Below are positions 1-10,639 of a stretch of DNA of 41,035 nt, in pieces. Source of the DNA: Candidatus Eiseniibacteriota bacterium (GTDB lineage: Bacteria > Eisenbacteria > RBG-16-71-46 > DASYSL01); NCBI GenBank assembly GCA_046598045.1, contig JBKJJJ010000020.1, forward strand, positions 1 through 41,035. The letters are read 5' to 3'. Made by a program: the position numbers and the translations under genes. Under the pieces are notes generated by a model that searched no databases, was not told where the DNA came from, and saw only the letters and a list, made by a program, of their open reading frames with translations. Within the stretch, counting starts at the first letter, position 1; every line of letters starts with the position of its first letter.

Positions 1-564
1 GACGCGGCGCGCGCCCGACAACTCCTGCGAGAGCGCAAGGAACGATTCTTTGAGCCACAGTTCCTTGCGCAGGTCCTGGTTCAGGCGCCGCAGGTCCTCG
101 CGCGAGCGCTCCACCTCGGCGGCGAGTTCCCGCTGACGGCGCACGAGCGACTTGTTCTCCTCGCCGCGCACGAGCAGGCGGCGCACGCGCGCAATCAGCT
201 CCTTGGGCGAGAATGGCTTCGCGAGATAGTCATCGGCCCCGCGCGCGAGGCCGGCGATGCGCGACTCGGTCTCGGCGAGCGCGGAGACGAGGATGACCGG
301 CAGGTGCTGCATGCCCGGCTCGCGCCGGATCGCGTCGACCAGGTCGAGGCCCGAGCGCCGCGGCAGGCGCACGTCGAGCACGGCGAGGTCGGGTTGCTCG
401 TCCTGCAGCATCTTCCACGCGTCGTCGCCGTTCTGCGCGGACACGACGCGAAAGCCGTGCGCGCCGAGCGCGATGTGCAGCAGCTCGACCACGCGCGGAT
501 CGTCCTCGACCACGAGGATCGTGGCGCCGGCGCCGCCGATGCGATGTTCAGGAGTGGTGGACAT
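1..564 (-). CDS. Response regulator, N-terminal part (REC + coiled coil); continues off the left edge
   Basis: Not in the ORF track; translated by hand from ATG at 564: MSTTPEHRIGGAGATILVVEDDPRVVELL...PDLAVLDVRLP...GADDYLAKPFSPKELIARVRRLL, then a coiled coil. All REC motifs are present. Confidence 0.9.
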   Translation of the reverse strand, partial: MSTTPEHRIGGAGATILVVEDDPRVVELLHIALGAHGFRVVSAQNGDDAWKMLQDEQPDLAVLDVRLPRRSGLDLVDAIRREPGMQHLPVILVSALAETESRIAGLARGADDYLAKPFSPKELIARVRRLLVRGEENKSLVRRQRELAAEVERSREDLRRLNQDLRKELWLKESFLALSQELSGARRV

Positions 565-596
565 GATCCTCGCGGCGCGGGCCGCGAGGCCCGGCG

Positions 597-2015
597 TCAG
601 GCGTCCTTCGGGAGTCGCGCGAGCAACGCCTCGACGGCGCCCCGCACCTCGTCCTCGGCGAACGGTTTGTAGAGCACCGGCACGGGGCCGAACGATTCGA
701 CCCGGCGCCGCTCCTCGTCGTCCTTGATCAGCACGCACGCGCGCCCGGCGAGCAACGCGCCGGCGTCGTGCAGGATCTCGATCGCGCCCGCCCCGGGCAT
801 CTCGGCGTCGAGGAACACGACGTCGTAGCGCGCGTTCGCGAGCGCGGCGCCCGCCTGCGCGCCGTCCTCGGCCTCGTCGACCACGAAACCCCGCTGCTCG
901 AGCAGGCGCCCCAGGAAGACGCGGGCCATCATCGAGTCGTCGGCCACGAGCGCGCGCATGCCCGATCGCGCGGGCGCGGAGCCCCCGGGGTGGTTATCGG
1001 CCGGAGGCGGCTCGGGCTGAACGATCAGGGGAAGCTCCGCCGTGACTGCCACGGGAGCCGGGGCGACCGCGAGCACGCGCGCCGCGCGGCCCTCGGCGTC
1101 CTCGACCAGGCCCGTGAAGTGGAACCCCGAGGGCGCCGCCGCGGAGTCCGGGGGCGCGACGTGGGCGAGCGCCGCGCCCTCGCCCTTGCCGAACAACCAG
1201 TCGACCGCCAGTTCGCGGCGCTCGAGGCCATTGCCGAGCACGACGCGCGAGCGCTCGCCGCCCGGTTCGAGCCCGTAATCGACGACCAGGCTCCACGAGA
1301 TCGCGAGCGCGAGCCCCCCCCACTCGGCGAACAGGTAGTGCCCGGCCTGCGAGAGCGGCAGGCGGAGGATCCAGCGCAGGCGGTCGCCCTCGGCGATCGT
1401 GAGCAGCACCGCGCCGGCCGCGCGCGCCGCGCGGTCGAGCGCGTCGAGCTCCGCGCGATCGCGCGCCTCGCCGCCGGTCGGACGCGTGCCCGAGATCTCG
1501 ACGCGGCCATGGCGCGCGTCGACGCCGGGCGAGGCGTCGCCCGTGAAGTCGGCGATCGCCTCGAACAGGAGCGTGCGGGTGTCGTCGGTCGCGGGCATGG
1601 GCGCCGGGGCGGCGGGCGGTGGTGGCACCGGCGCGGGCGCCGGCTCCGCGAACGCGGTCAGCTCCGCGACGCGCGCACGCCAGTCGTGCGCACCGTCAGC
1701 GAGCGGCGCGAGCGTGCCCGTGCGGCGCAGGTCGGCGGCGAGCACCTCGCACAACGGCGCGGCGAGCGCGACCCATGCGGCGCTCGGGCGATCGCCCAGC
1801 ACGTCGGCGCGCACGCGCAACGCCTGGAACCAGTCGCTTGCGCCCAGGAGCCCGAGCGAACGCAGCAGGTCTCCGAGCCACGACAGGCCGAGCTTCGCGA
1901 CGCCGGCCGCGGCCTCGTCGTCGGCCGAGCGCGCGAGCAGCGTGGCCTGGCGCGACAGCAGGCGCGCGACCGCCTCCGCGACGCGCGGCTCCTCGCCGGG
2001 AGGGCTCTCAACCAT
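597..2015 (-). CDS. Degenerate CheA-like protein (Hpt-like, HATPase remnant, CheW-like) with intact C-terminal receiver domain
   Basis: C-terminal REC: ALVADDSMMAR...VFLDAEMPG...YKPF. The segment ELDALDRAARAAGAVLLTIAEGDRLRWILRLPL-SQAGHYLFAEWGGLALAISW resembles the CheA HATPase-end/CheW junction. Start is 2015 (overlaps the upstream stop) or 2033. Confidence 0.65.
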   Translation of the reverse strand: MVESPPGEEPRVAEAVARLLSRQATLLARSADDEAAAGVAKLGLSWLGDLLRSLGLLGASDWFQALRVRADVLGDRPSAAWVALAAPLCEVLAADLRRTGTLAPLADGAHDWRARVAELTAFAEPAPAPVPPPPAAPAPMPATDDTRTLLFEAIADFTGDASPGVDARHGRVEISGTRPTGGEARDRAELDALDRAARAAGAVLLTIAEGDRLRWILRLPLSQAGHYLFAEWGGLALAISWSLVVDYGLEPGGERSRVVLGNGLERRELAVDWLFGKGEGAALAHVAPPDSAAAPSGFHFTGLVEDAEGRAARVLAVAPAPVAVTAELPLIVQPEPPPADNHPGGSAPARSGMRALVADDSMMARVFLGRLLEQRGFVVDEAEDGAQAGAALANARYDVVFLDAEMPGAGAIEILHDAGALLAGRACVLIKDDEERRRVESFGPVPVLYKPFAEDEVRGAVEALLARLPKDA

Positions 2016-3489
2016 GCGACCAGGTTTCGTCATCGGGCAGGAGGTCCTCGGGTCCGAGCACGCGCAGCGGGCGCGGCGGGGCGGTGGCGGCTGCTTCCGG
2101 GGCCGCGGGTTCGGCGGCCGCGACGTTCGGGGGAGCGAATTCGATCCCCGCGGGTGGCGCGACGACCGGCAGCGCGAACACCGGCGGAGCGGCTTCGCGC
2201 AGGCGCTCGGCGAGCCCGTCGACCTCGTCCACCGCGGCGGTCACGCCCTCGCCCGTGCGCTGCGCCTCGGACGAGGTGCGCTCCGCCTGCTGGACGAGCT
2301 TCTCGCCGCGCGCGATCGCGTCGCGCACGATCTCGTGCACGCGCTCGAGCGCGCGCCGGGAGGCGAGTGCGGGGTCGCTCACGCGCGAACCGGCGTCGAC
2401 CTCGGGCAATGCGAGCCCGCGCGCCCTCATCCCGCCGAATTCCTCGTGCGCGCGCGCGAGGTCGGCCTGCGCGCGTTCCTCCAGCTCCTGCGCGCGGGCC
2501 TGCGCCGCGCGCGTGGTCCGGACCAGCGCGGCCAGCGCGGGGACGAGGCGGCCGCGATCCTCCTCCGACAGTTCGCCGGCAGCGAGCGCCGCGTGCGCGG
2601 ACTCGATCGCGGCGACCTGCGCCTCCTCGTGCATACGCGCCAGGTCGTGGCTCGCCGCGCGCAGGCGCTCGGCCGAGCGCTCGAGCGCCTCGAGCTGCGC
2701 CGCCGCCCCGCGCGCCCACGCCTCGGACGCGCCGCGCGCGGCCTCGGACTCGGCCTGGCCGCCCGCGAGCGCGACCGCGAGCCCGGCGACACCCTGCGCC
2801 AGCTCGCCACTCCAGCGCTCGAGCCCGCGCAGCACGGTGAGCAGCGACGCCGCCTCGACGAATTGCCGCTCGGCCGCGGCGGCGAGTGTCGTGGCGCGCG
2901 TCCCGGCGTCGGCGACGGTCTCGCGCACCTGGCCCGCGACCGCGCGCGCGGCCGCCGCGCGCTCCTCGAGCCGGGTGGCCGCGAGCGCGAGCCGCATCAC
3001 GAGCGGGGCCAACTCCTCGGGCGCGGCGCCGGGATCGAATTGCGGCGAGCGCTCGGTCTCGGCCCACTCGGCAGCGCTCGTGGATAAACCGGACAGCGCC
3101 GCGCGCACGATCTCGAGCCGGGCGACGCCACGCCCCAACTCGCGCTCGCGCGCATGGGCGGCGAACGCGGCCTCGACCAGCGCCGACAGGCCGCCCCCGG
3201 GCGCCAGCGCGGGCGCGTCGCCGCCGGGCTCGAGCGTCCGCGCGATCAGCTTGAGGCGGCGGGTCGCGGTGGCATCGATCCATAGCCACGCGCCGGCGGC
3301 GGTGACCAGTGCGGCGATCGCGAATCCGGGCCAGCGCCACTCCGCCCACGGGCTGAACGACGCGACCAGCCCGCCGACCAGCGCGGGCAGGGCGATCGCG
3401 AACGCGAGGCGCGCGCGCAGGCCGCTCGGGGACCAGCGCGGAGGCGTGGCGTCTTCGCCGTGAGAATCGAGGCGCAGCGGGTTGCTCAT
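2008..3489 (-). CDS. Membrane protein resembling a degenerate methyl-accepting chemotaxis protein
   Basis: ATG at 3489 (MSNPLRL). Two N-terminal hydrophobic helices, then a long Ala-rich coiled coil with EEAQVAAIESAHAALAAGE, reminiscent of the MCP hairpin tip. Confidence 0.6.
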   Translation of the reverse strand: MSNPLRLDSHGEDATPPRWSPSGLRARLAFAIALPALVGGLVASFSPWAEWRWPGFAIAALVTAAGAWLWIDATATRRLKLIARTLEPGGDAPALAPGGGLSALVEAAFAAHARERELGRGVARLEIVRAALSGLSTSAAEWAETERSPQFDPGAAPEELAPLVMRLALAATRLEERAAAARAVAGQVRETVADAGTRATTLAAAAERQFVEAASLLTVLRGLERWSGELAQGVAGLAVALAGGQAESEAARGASEAWARGAAAQLEALERSAERLRAASHDLARMHEEAQVAAIESAHAALAAGELSEEDRGRLVPALAALVRTTRAAQARAQELEERAQADLARAHEEFGGMRARGLALPEVDAGSRVSDPALASRRALERVHEIVRDAIARGEKLVQQAERTSSEAQRTGEGVTAAVDEVDGLAERLREAAPPVFALPVVAPPAGIEFAPPNVAAAEPAAPEAAATAPPRPLRVLGPEDLLPDDETWSHG

Positions 3490-3770
3490 TGGAATTCCGT
3501 CCATCTCCGAATCGAATGTAGCCGCAATGTGCACGCGACTCCCGGGGCGCCGCGCAATTTGCAACCGGCCGGCCCAATCATGGCGACGCGATGGGGATTC
3601 CCGCGGTGTCCGGGCGAGGGGGCGATTTTCCCAATCTCTGGGTGGGATTCCCACCGCAATCGCACGCAAACCCAGCGCGGACAAGCTCCAAACCCTACTC
3701 CCCGCGATTATCCCGGAGAATTGTACCTCTCCTGCCCATGAATTGCCGGATCGCAATGACTTGGCCGACG

Positions 3771-3786
3771 TGGCACGCGCTATGCT
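3771..3786 (+). promoter_or_regulatory. Putative sigma-54 (-24/-12) promoter
   Basis: TGGCACGCGCTATGCT has the exact GG-N10-GC spacing and is close to the TGGCACG-N4-TTGCW consensus. It lies ~75 bp upstream of ATG 3860. Confidence 0.55.
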
Positions 3787-3859
3787 CAAGACACGGGTTG
3801 AGGAGTCTGGACCCTCTGGACCGGGGCCATGCTCACGTCGTCGCACAGGGGGAGGCGCG

Positions 3860-4840
3860 ATGAACCCGAGGAATTACGTGGATCTCAAGGAGGGTGGCAG
3901 AAACCTTCAGCCCACGTATTACTTCATGATCAACTGTCTCCTGTATTCCCGCATGGAGACGGGCCTGGTCTCGAACCAGGACTATTACGACGAAGACGTG
4001 AATGTCTACCTGGCGCATTTGCTCCACTCGTTCATCAATCCGGACTACGTGGAGCAGTCGAAGAAGTATCTCTCGAAGTACGACGCCGACGTCTTCCGCC
4101 GGCTGTCGACCTCGACCGACGCGCGCCTCAAGTACGCCATCTACAAGACCAATGCCGACTTCCTGCTGGTCTCGATCGGAATCTTCGACAACCCGCTCGC
4201 GCCCACGGCGTCGCCCCAGCGCGCGCAGCCTGCGCCCGCCGAGGAGGCGTACATCGGCCGCGGCAAGACCTACTACCACTTCGCCTACACCTACAGCCAG
4301 CAGGTGCATCGCAAGAACCAGGGTGTGTCTGAGGTGCTGGAGAAGCTCTCGGTGGGCTTCGAGAAGTACATCAAGATCCTCTCGCACATGCGGGGCGAGT
4401 ACCTCGACCTCGTGCAGCGCTTCAGCGAGGGCGAGGTCTACCACCTCGAGCGCGCCGTCAACGAAACCGCGCGCCAGGACCTGATCAAGGCCAAGCAGGA
4501 CCAGTTGCTGGAGCTCTACTCGCTCTGGCAGCGCGAGCCGACGGCCGCGATCGAGGAGAACGTCAAGCGCATCGTGGGCGAGATCCAGGAGCTGGCGCCG
4601 TCGTTCCGCTTCAGCCTGCCGACCCACGGCGGTGTCGCAGGACGGCCACACGGAGCGGCTCCGGCCGCACCCGCGTCCCCCGCCGCGCGCCCCCCCGGCG
4701 CCCGGCCGCGCACGAGCACGGCGCGCACGACTGCGCGCTCGCCGGAGAGCACGGCCACCGGCGTTGCGCCCGATCCCAAGAAGAAGCCCCGCCCGCGCAA
4801 GCGCGACGGCGGCAAGAACGACGGGGAGCCGCGCGGGTAG
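3860..4840 (+). CDS. Conserved hypothetical protein (helical, with low-complexity basic C-tail)
   Basis: Strong SD (GGGGGAGG) before ATG 3860. Protein-like composition and codon usage from MNPRNYVDLKEG onward. Followed by a terminator. Confidence 0.85.
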   Translation: MNPRNYVDLKEGGRNLQPTYYFMINCLLYSRMETGLVSNQDYYDEDVNVYLAHLLHSFINPDYVEQSKKYLSKYDADVFRRLSTSTDARLKYAIYKTNADFLLVSIGIFDNPLAPTASPQRAQPAPAEEAYIGRGKTYYHFAYTYSQQVHRKNQGVSEVLEKLSVGFEKYIKILSHMRGEYLDLVQRFSEGEVYHLERAVNETARQDLIKAKQDQLLELYSLWQREPTAAIEENVKRIVGEIQELAPSFRFSLPTHGGVAGRPHGAAPAAPASPAARPPGARPRTSTARTTARSPESTATGVAPDPKKKPRPRKRDGGKNDGEPRG

Positions 4841-4866
4841 AACCGTTCGGCAGGGACCTCCCCCCG

Positions 4867-4906
4867 GCCGGCCCCGCGGACGTTTCGCGGGGCCGGCTCT
4901 TTTGTT
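4867..4906 (+). terminator. Rho-independent terminator
   Basis: Perfect 12-bp stem GCCGGCCCCGCG/CGCGGGGCCGGC with a 7-nt loop, followed by TCTTTTGTT. Confidence 0.85.
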
Positions 4907-4951
4907 ACGCTCGCGGGGCATCCGCGATTCGCGTTCCACAGGGAGGTCCAG

Positions 4952-5263
4952 ATGCGTGTGCTCGGCGGGTTGTTCCTCGGCCTCATGCTGTTCGGCTGCT
5001 CGAGCTCGAACCAGACGCCCAAGCCCGACGCCGCGTCGACGGGCTCGATCGCCGCGAAGGGCACCATCCGCCACCTCGACCTGGAGGGCGGCTTCTGGGG
5101 CATCGTGGCCGATGACAGCACGAAGTACGACCCGGTCGAGCTTCCCGGCGTGCTCGAGAGGGAGGGCCTGCGCGTGAAGTTCACCGCGCGCGAGGCCGGC
5201 GGCATGTCGACGCGCATGTGGGGCAAGCGGATCGACATCACGAGCATCGAGATCCTCAAGTAG
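4952..5263 (+). CDS. Small lipoprotein, unknown function
   Basis: SD GGGAGG; signal peptide with lipobox LFGC; small beta-rich domain (LEGGFWGI). Confidence 0.8.
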   Translation: MRVLGGLFLGLMLFGCSSSNQTPKPDAASTGSIAAKGTIRHLDLEGGFWGIVADDSTKYDPVELPGVLEREGLRVKFTAREAGGMSTRMWGKRIDITSIEILK

Positions 5264-5686
5264 ATGCTGCGCGTGCGCCCGGGCCTCTCGATCCCGCTGG
5301 CTGAGATCGCATTCTCGGCCGATACCAGCGGAGGCAAGGGCGGCCAGCACGCCAACCGCTCGTCGACGCGTGTCGAACTGCGCTTCAACGTGTTGGTCTC
5401 GAAGGCGCTGTCCTCGCGCCAGCGCGCGCTGATCGCCGAAAAGCTCGGCGCGCGCCTGGCGGCCGATGGCACGCTGCGGGTGATCTCGGCGCGCGAGCGC
5501 AGCCAGTTGCAGAACCGCCGCGTCGCGCTCGCCCGGCTGGGCGAGTTGCTGGCGCGCGGGCTCGAGCGGCCCGCGCCGCGCACGGCCACCCGGCCGACGC
5601 GCTCGTCCAAGGTCGCGCGCGTCGAGACCAAGAAGCACCGCGCCACGATCAAGGACGCCCGGCGGCGTCCCGCCGCCGACGACTGA
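5264..5686 (+). CDS. arfB: Alternative ribosome-rescue peptidyl-tRNA hydrolase ArfB (YaeJ)
   Basis: SGGKGGQHANRSSTRVELRF (GGQ motif), ERSQLQNR, and a basic tail RTATRPTRSSKVARVETKK. Confidence 0.93.
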   Translation: MLRVRPGLSIPLAEIAFSADTSGGKGGQHANRSSTRVELRFNVLVSKALSSRQRALIAEKLGARLAADGTLRVISARERSQLQNRRVALARLGELLARGLERPAPRTATRPTRSSKVARVETKKHRATIKDARRRPAADD

Positions 5687-5712
5687 GCCGACCCCCGAGG
5701 CCCGAGGCCCCC

Positions 5713-6177
5713 ATGCCCCCGCACGCGCCGTTCGCCGACCTGCCGCCCCTGAGCGAGTCCGAGATCGCCGTGCTCTGGCAGCGCGCGCGCGACGTGCCGA
5801 TCTCGACGACGCTCGGCTTCGAGTTCGTGTCGATCGCGCGCGGCGAGTGCACGCTCGCATGGACGCGCGACCCGCGCTATGACGGGATCTTCCGCTCGAT
5901 GCACGGCGGGCTCATGATGACGCTCGCCGACTCGGCGGGCGCCTTTGCGCTGCTTACCGTCGTCGACCCGGACAGCCGCATCACGACCACCGAGATGAAC
6001 ATTCGATTCATGGCCCCGGTGCGCGAGCGCGTCCTTGCGCACGCGCGCGTGCTCAAGGCCGGGCGCTCGCTCAGCACCATCGTCGTCGACCTCGTGGACG
6101 CGGACGGACGGCCGATCGCGCACGCGGGCATGACCTACATGCGGCTCGGCCGCGAAGAGAAGGAGGCCCGATCGTGA
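5713..6177 (+). CDS. PaaI-family hotdog thioesterase
   Basis: MHGGLMMTLADSAG, TTEMNIRFMAP, VLKAGRSL. Confidence 0.9.
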   Translation: MPPHAPFADLPPLSESEIAVLWQRARDVPISTTLGFEFVSIARGECTLAWTRDPRYDGIFRSMHGGLMMTLADSAGAFALLTVVDPDSRITTTEMNIRFMAPVRERVLAHARVLKAGRSLSTIVVDLVDADGRPIAHAGMTYMRLGREEKEARS

Positions 6178-6997
6178 GCATGGAACAGGTCAAAGCGCGG
6201 CATCGCCTGGCGTGGGGCCTCGACGTCGAGTCCTACGTGCGCCACACCAGCTCGGAGCTCGCGCCGGTCGCCGAGCGCCTGGTCGGGGTCGCCGATCCGC
6301 AATGGGGCGCCGCGGTGCTCGACATTGGGTGCGGCCCGGGCACGGCAACCTTCCCGGCCGCCCGCCGCGTCGGGCCCGGGGGACGCGTGCACGGCGTCGA
6401 CCTCGCGTCCGCGATGGTGGCATGGGCCGAGCGCTCGGCGCAGACGCAGGGCGTGACCCAGGTCTCGTTCGCCGTGGGTGACGCGGAGGACCTCGGCGAC
6501 ATCGCGGACGCATCGTTCGACGCTGCGATCTCGAACTTCGGCGTGATCTTCGCGCCCGACGCCGCGCGCGTGGTGAGCGAGGCCGCGCGGGTGCTCAAGC
6601 CCGGCGGCGTATTCGCGATGTCGGTCTGGGTGCCGGTCGGGATGGTCGCCGAGACGTTTGCGCTCCTGTCCTCGATCACACCGCCGCCGCCGCCGGGCGC
6701 GTCGACCAGCGAGAGTTGGGGCGAGCCCGGCGTCGCCGAGGAGCGCCTCGGCGTCGACTTCGACTCCGGATCGCGCACGGAAATCCAGGTGCCCTGCGAC
6801 TACCCGAGCGTCGACGTCGCCTGGCAGCGCATGCGCGACGGCCGCCCCCCGTTCGCGCTCGCCTTTGGCCGCATGCCCGCCGACCAGAAGGCCGACGTCG
6901 AGGAGCAGGCGCGCGCGATGTTCCGCCAGCGGGCTGGCGAAGACGGGCACGTGAGGTACGTCAGGGAGGCGGCGATTTTGCGGGGAATCAAGCGCGG

Positions 6998-7001
<4 letters not shown>
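6174..7001 (+). CDS. Class I SAM-dependent methyltransferase
   Basis: VLDIGCGPG motif [37 protein letters not shown] overlap with the upstream gene. Confidence 0.9.
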
Positions 7002-8460
<1,459 letters not shown>

Positions 8461-8464
<4 letters not shown>

Positions 8465-9285
8465 GACTTCGGCGGCGGAGGCGTCGTGGTGTCGGGCGGC
8501 GCCGGGGTCGCGGGAGCCTCGGGCGCCGCGGGCTCGGGTATCGGCAGCGCCTCGGGCGCGGCCTCGGGCACGGGCTCCTTCGCGGTCTCGATCGGCTTGC
8601 CACCGGGCCAGAAGTACACGTTCACGCCGAAGTTCGCGGTCAGGTACGAGTCGTTGCCCGTGAAGCCCGACGGGAAGTGCTTCGTGTCCTTGGAGAGCAG
8701 GTACGTCCAGCGCAGCGACCAGTCGAGCGACACGTTCTTGTTCTCGCCCATCCAGCGCTCGGTGCCGATGATGCCGTGCGCGCCGAACGACCAGTTGATC
8801 CACTTGACGAACGTGGCGGGGTCCTTGATCACGCGCCGCTTGTTGACGATCTCCATGCGCGTGATGTTCGCGCCCACGCCGATGTAGGGCGACCACTTGG
8901 TCGCGCCCGGATTGAGCGAACGGATGAGCGTGGCATTGATCGGCTGGATCTTGGTGAGCACGTCCTGCTTCGTGCTGACCGAGTCGCCGGTGTCCGGGTC
9001 GCGCAGCTTGTACGGCGACGGGGCGTTGGCGCCGTAGCCCACCCAGCCGTAGCCGAACTCGGTCGCGAAGCGCCACGACGGGCTCATTTTGTACTGGAAA
9101 TTGCCGTCGAGAATCAGCCGCGGCTTCTGGCCACTGCGGGTGTCCGAGTCCGCGACGAAGTACGGCACGCCGATGCGCATGCCCAGGGATCCCTGGCCGG
9201 CCTTCGGCTGGGCAACAGCATTGGGAACGGAGGCCGCCGTCGCGGCGAGTGCCACCACGACCGCCCAACGTGTTCTGAGGCTCAA
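8461..9285 (-). CDS. Outer-membrane beta-barrel protein with Pro-rich C-tail
   Basis: SD AAGGAG before a TTG start; signal peptide; alternating beta strands ([22 protein letters not shown]). Confidence 0.8.
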
Positions 9286-9343
9286 CGCAGGTCTCCTTGA
9301 GGTCCCGGACAGGTGGGTGCTCGCGCCCGGCGATAGTCGGCGG

Positions 9344-9415
9344 ACAGTACGAAACCGGGCGCCCGGGTGTCAAGGCGGGGGCACCTTGACACCCGGCGCG
9401 CGGATCGGACAGAAT
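9344..9415. promoter_or_regulatory. Back-to-back divergent sigma-70 promoters
   Basis: Plus strand: TTGACA (9386-9391)-18 bp-CAGAAT (9410-9415) toward the tRNA. Minus strand: TTGACA (9373-9368)-18 bp-TACTGT toward the OM barrel/guaB. Confidence 0.7.
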
Positions 9416-9458
9416 GCGCTCGTTCACCCTCCTTTTCAGGCCGTCTCCGAACGAACGT

Positions 9459-9535
9459 GGCGGTGTAGCTCAGTTGGCCAGAGCAGGGGAATCATAATCC
9501 TCGTGTCCGGGGTTCGAATCCCTGCACCGCCACCA
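9459..9535 (+). tRNA. tRNA with CAU anticodon, most likely elongator tRNA-Met
   Basis: Acceptor stem GGCGGTG/CACCGCC + ACCA; D arm GCTC/GAGC; anticodon arm GGGGA-ATCATAA-TCCTC; T loop GTTCGAATC. The G1-C72 pair excludes initiator tRNA. Confidence 0.95.
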
Positions 9536-9691
9536 TCGTCCGGGGGCCCTCCTCGCCGCACCGCGGCGACCCGCCCTGCCTCGCCCGGGCCTGCGACTCG
9601 AAAACCCTACAAAAAGCTCCGGCCGACCGCGCTCTACCTCGCCGCGCGCGCCGCGCTGTCGGGGCCTTGCGCGCTGCCCCGCGGCAGCCGC

Positions 9692-10639
9692 GTGCTGGTC
9701 GCGTGTTCGGGCGGGCCGGATTCGCTTGCGCTCTTGTCCGTGCTCGCCGAACTCGCAAAATCATTCCGGCTCGAGCTGGCGGTCGCGCACCTCGACCACG
9801 GGCTGCGCGGCGCGCGCGGCGCGGCCGACGCGCGCTTCGTCGCCCGCCATGCGGCGCGGCTCGGGCTGGCCGCGAAGGTCGAGCGCATGGACGCCCGCGC
9901 GTGGATGAAGGAACACGGCATCCCCGGCGAGGCCGGCCTGAGGCGCATGCGCCACGCGTTCCTCGCCCGCGCCGCGCGGGAGCTCGCGTGCGGCGCGATC
10001 GCGCTCGGTCACACCGCGGACGACCAGGCCGAGACCGTGCTGCTCCGCCTCGTGCGTGGCACCGGCCTGGCCGGCCTGGCGGCGATGCGGGCCCGGCGCG
10101 GCCGGGTGGTGCGGCCGTTGCTCGACGCATCGCGCGCCGAGATCCTCGCTCACCTGGAGGACCGCAAGCTCCGGCCGCGGCTGGATGAGACGAACGCCGA
10201 CCCGGGTTTTCGAAGGAATGTCGTGCGGGCCGACATTCTGCCCCGATTGGCGCATCTCAACCCTCAAATCGCACGCGTGCTCGCCGGTCTGGCCGGGCGC
10301 GCGGCGGAGCGGGAGGAATTCGTCCAAATCCAAGCTGCACAGGCGCTTCGTGCCAGCAAGGGGAACGGCACCACGAGCCAGATTCGCCTTGTTGCCCGAA
10401 AATTGCTCGCTTACCATCGAGTGGTGCGCGAGGCGGTCTTCGCGTTGGTCGTCCACCGCCTCTCGGGGCCCGATGCCGGCCTCACCCGCCGCCATCTCTC
10501 GGCACTCGATTCCCTCGTGACCCGGGGGCACGAAGGAGCCCGCGTGGCTCTCCCCGGATCCGTCCTCGCCCGCCTCACGCGCGGGCGAGTTTGCTTCGAG
10601 ACCCCACGATCCCGCGCACGCGCCGGGGGGAGCACATGA
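9692..10639 (+). CDS. tilS: tRNA(Ile)-lysidine synthetase, short form; start uncertain
   Basis: VLVACSGGPDS PP-loop, VAHLDHGLRG, LGHTADDQAETVLLRLVRG, RPLL, DETN, RNVVR; canonical position upstream of hpt-ftsH. First canonical start after the tRNA is GTG 9692. Confidence 0.92.
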   Translation: MLVACSGGPDSLALLSVLAELAKSFRLELAVAHLDHGLRGARGAADARFVARHAARLGLAAKVERMDARAWMKEHGIPGEAGLRRMRHAFLARAARELACGAIALGHTADDQAETVLLRLVRGTGLAGLAAMRARRGRVVRPLLDASRAEILAHLEDRKLRPRLDETNADPGFRRNVVRADILPRLAHLNPQIARVLAGLAGRAAEREEFVQIQAAQALRASKGNGTTSQIRLVARKLLAYHRVVREAVFALVVHRLSGPDAGLTRRHLSALDSLVTRGHEGARVALPGSVLARLTRGRVCFETPRSRARAGGST

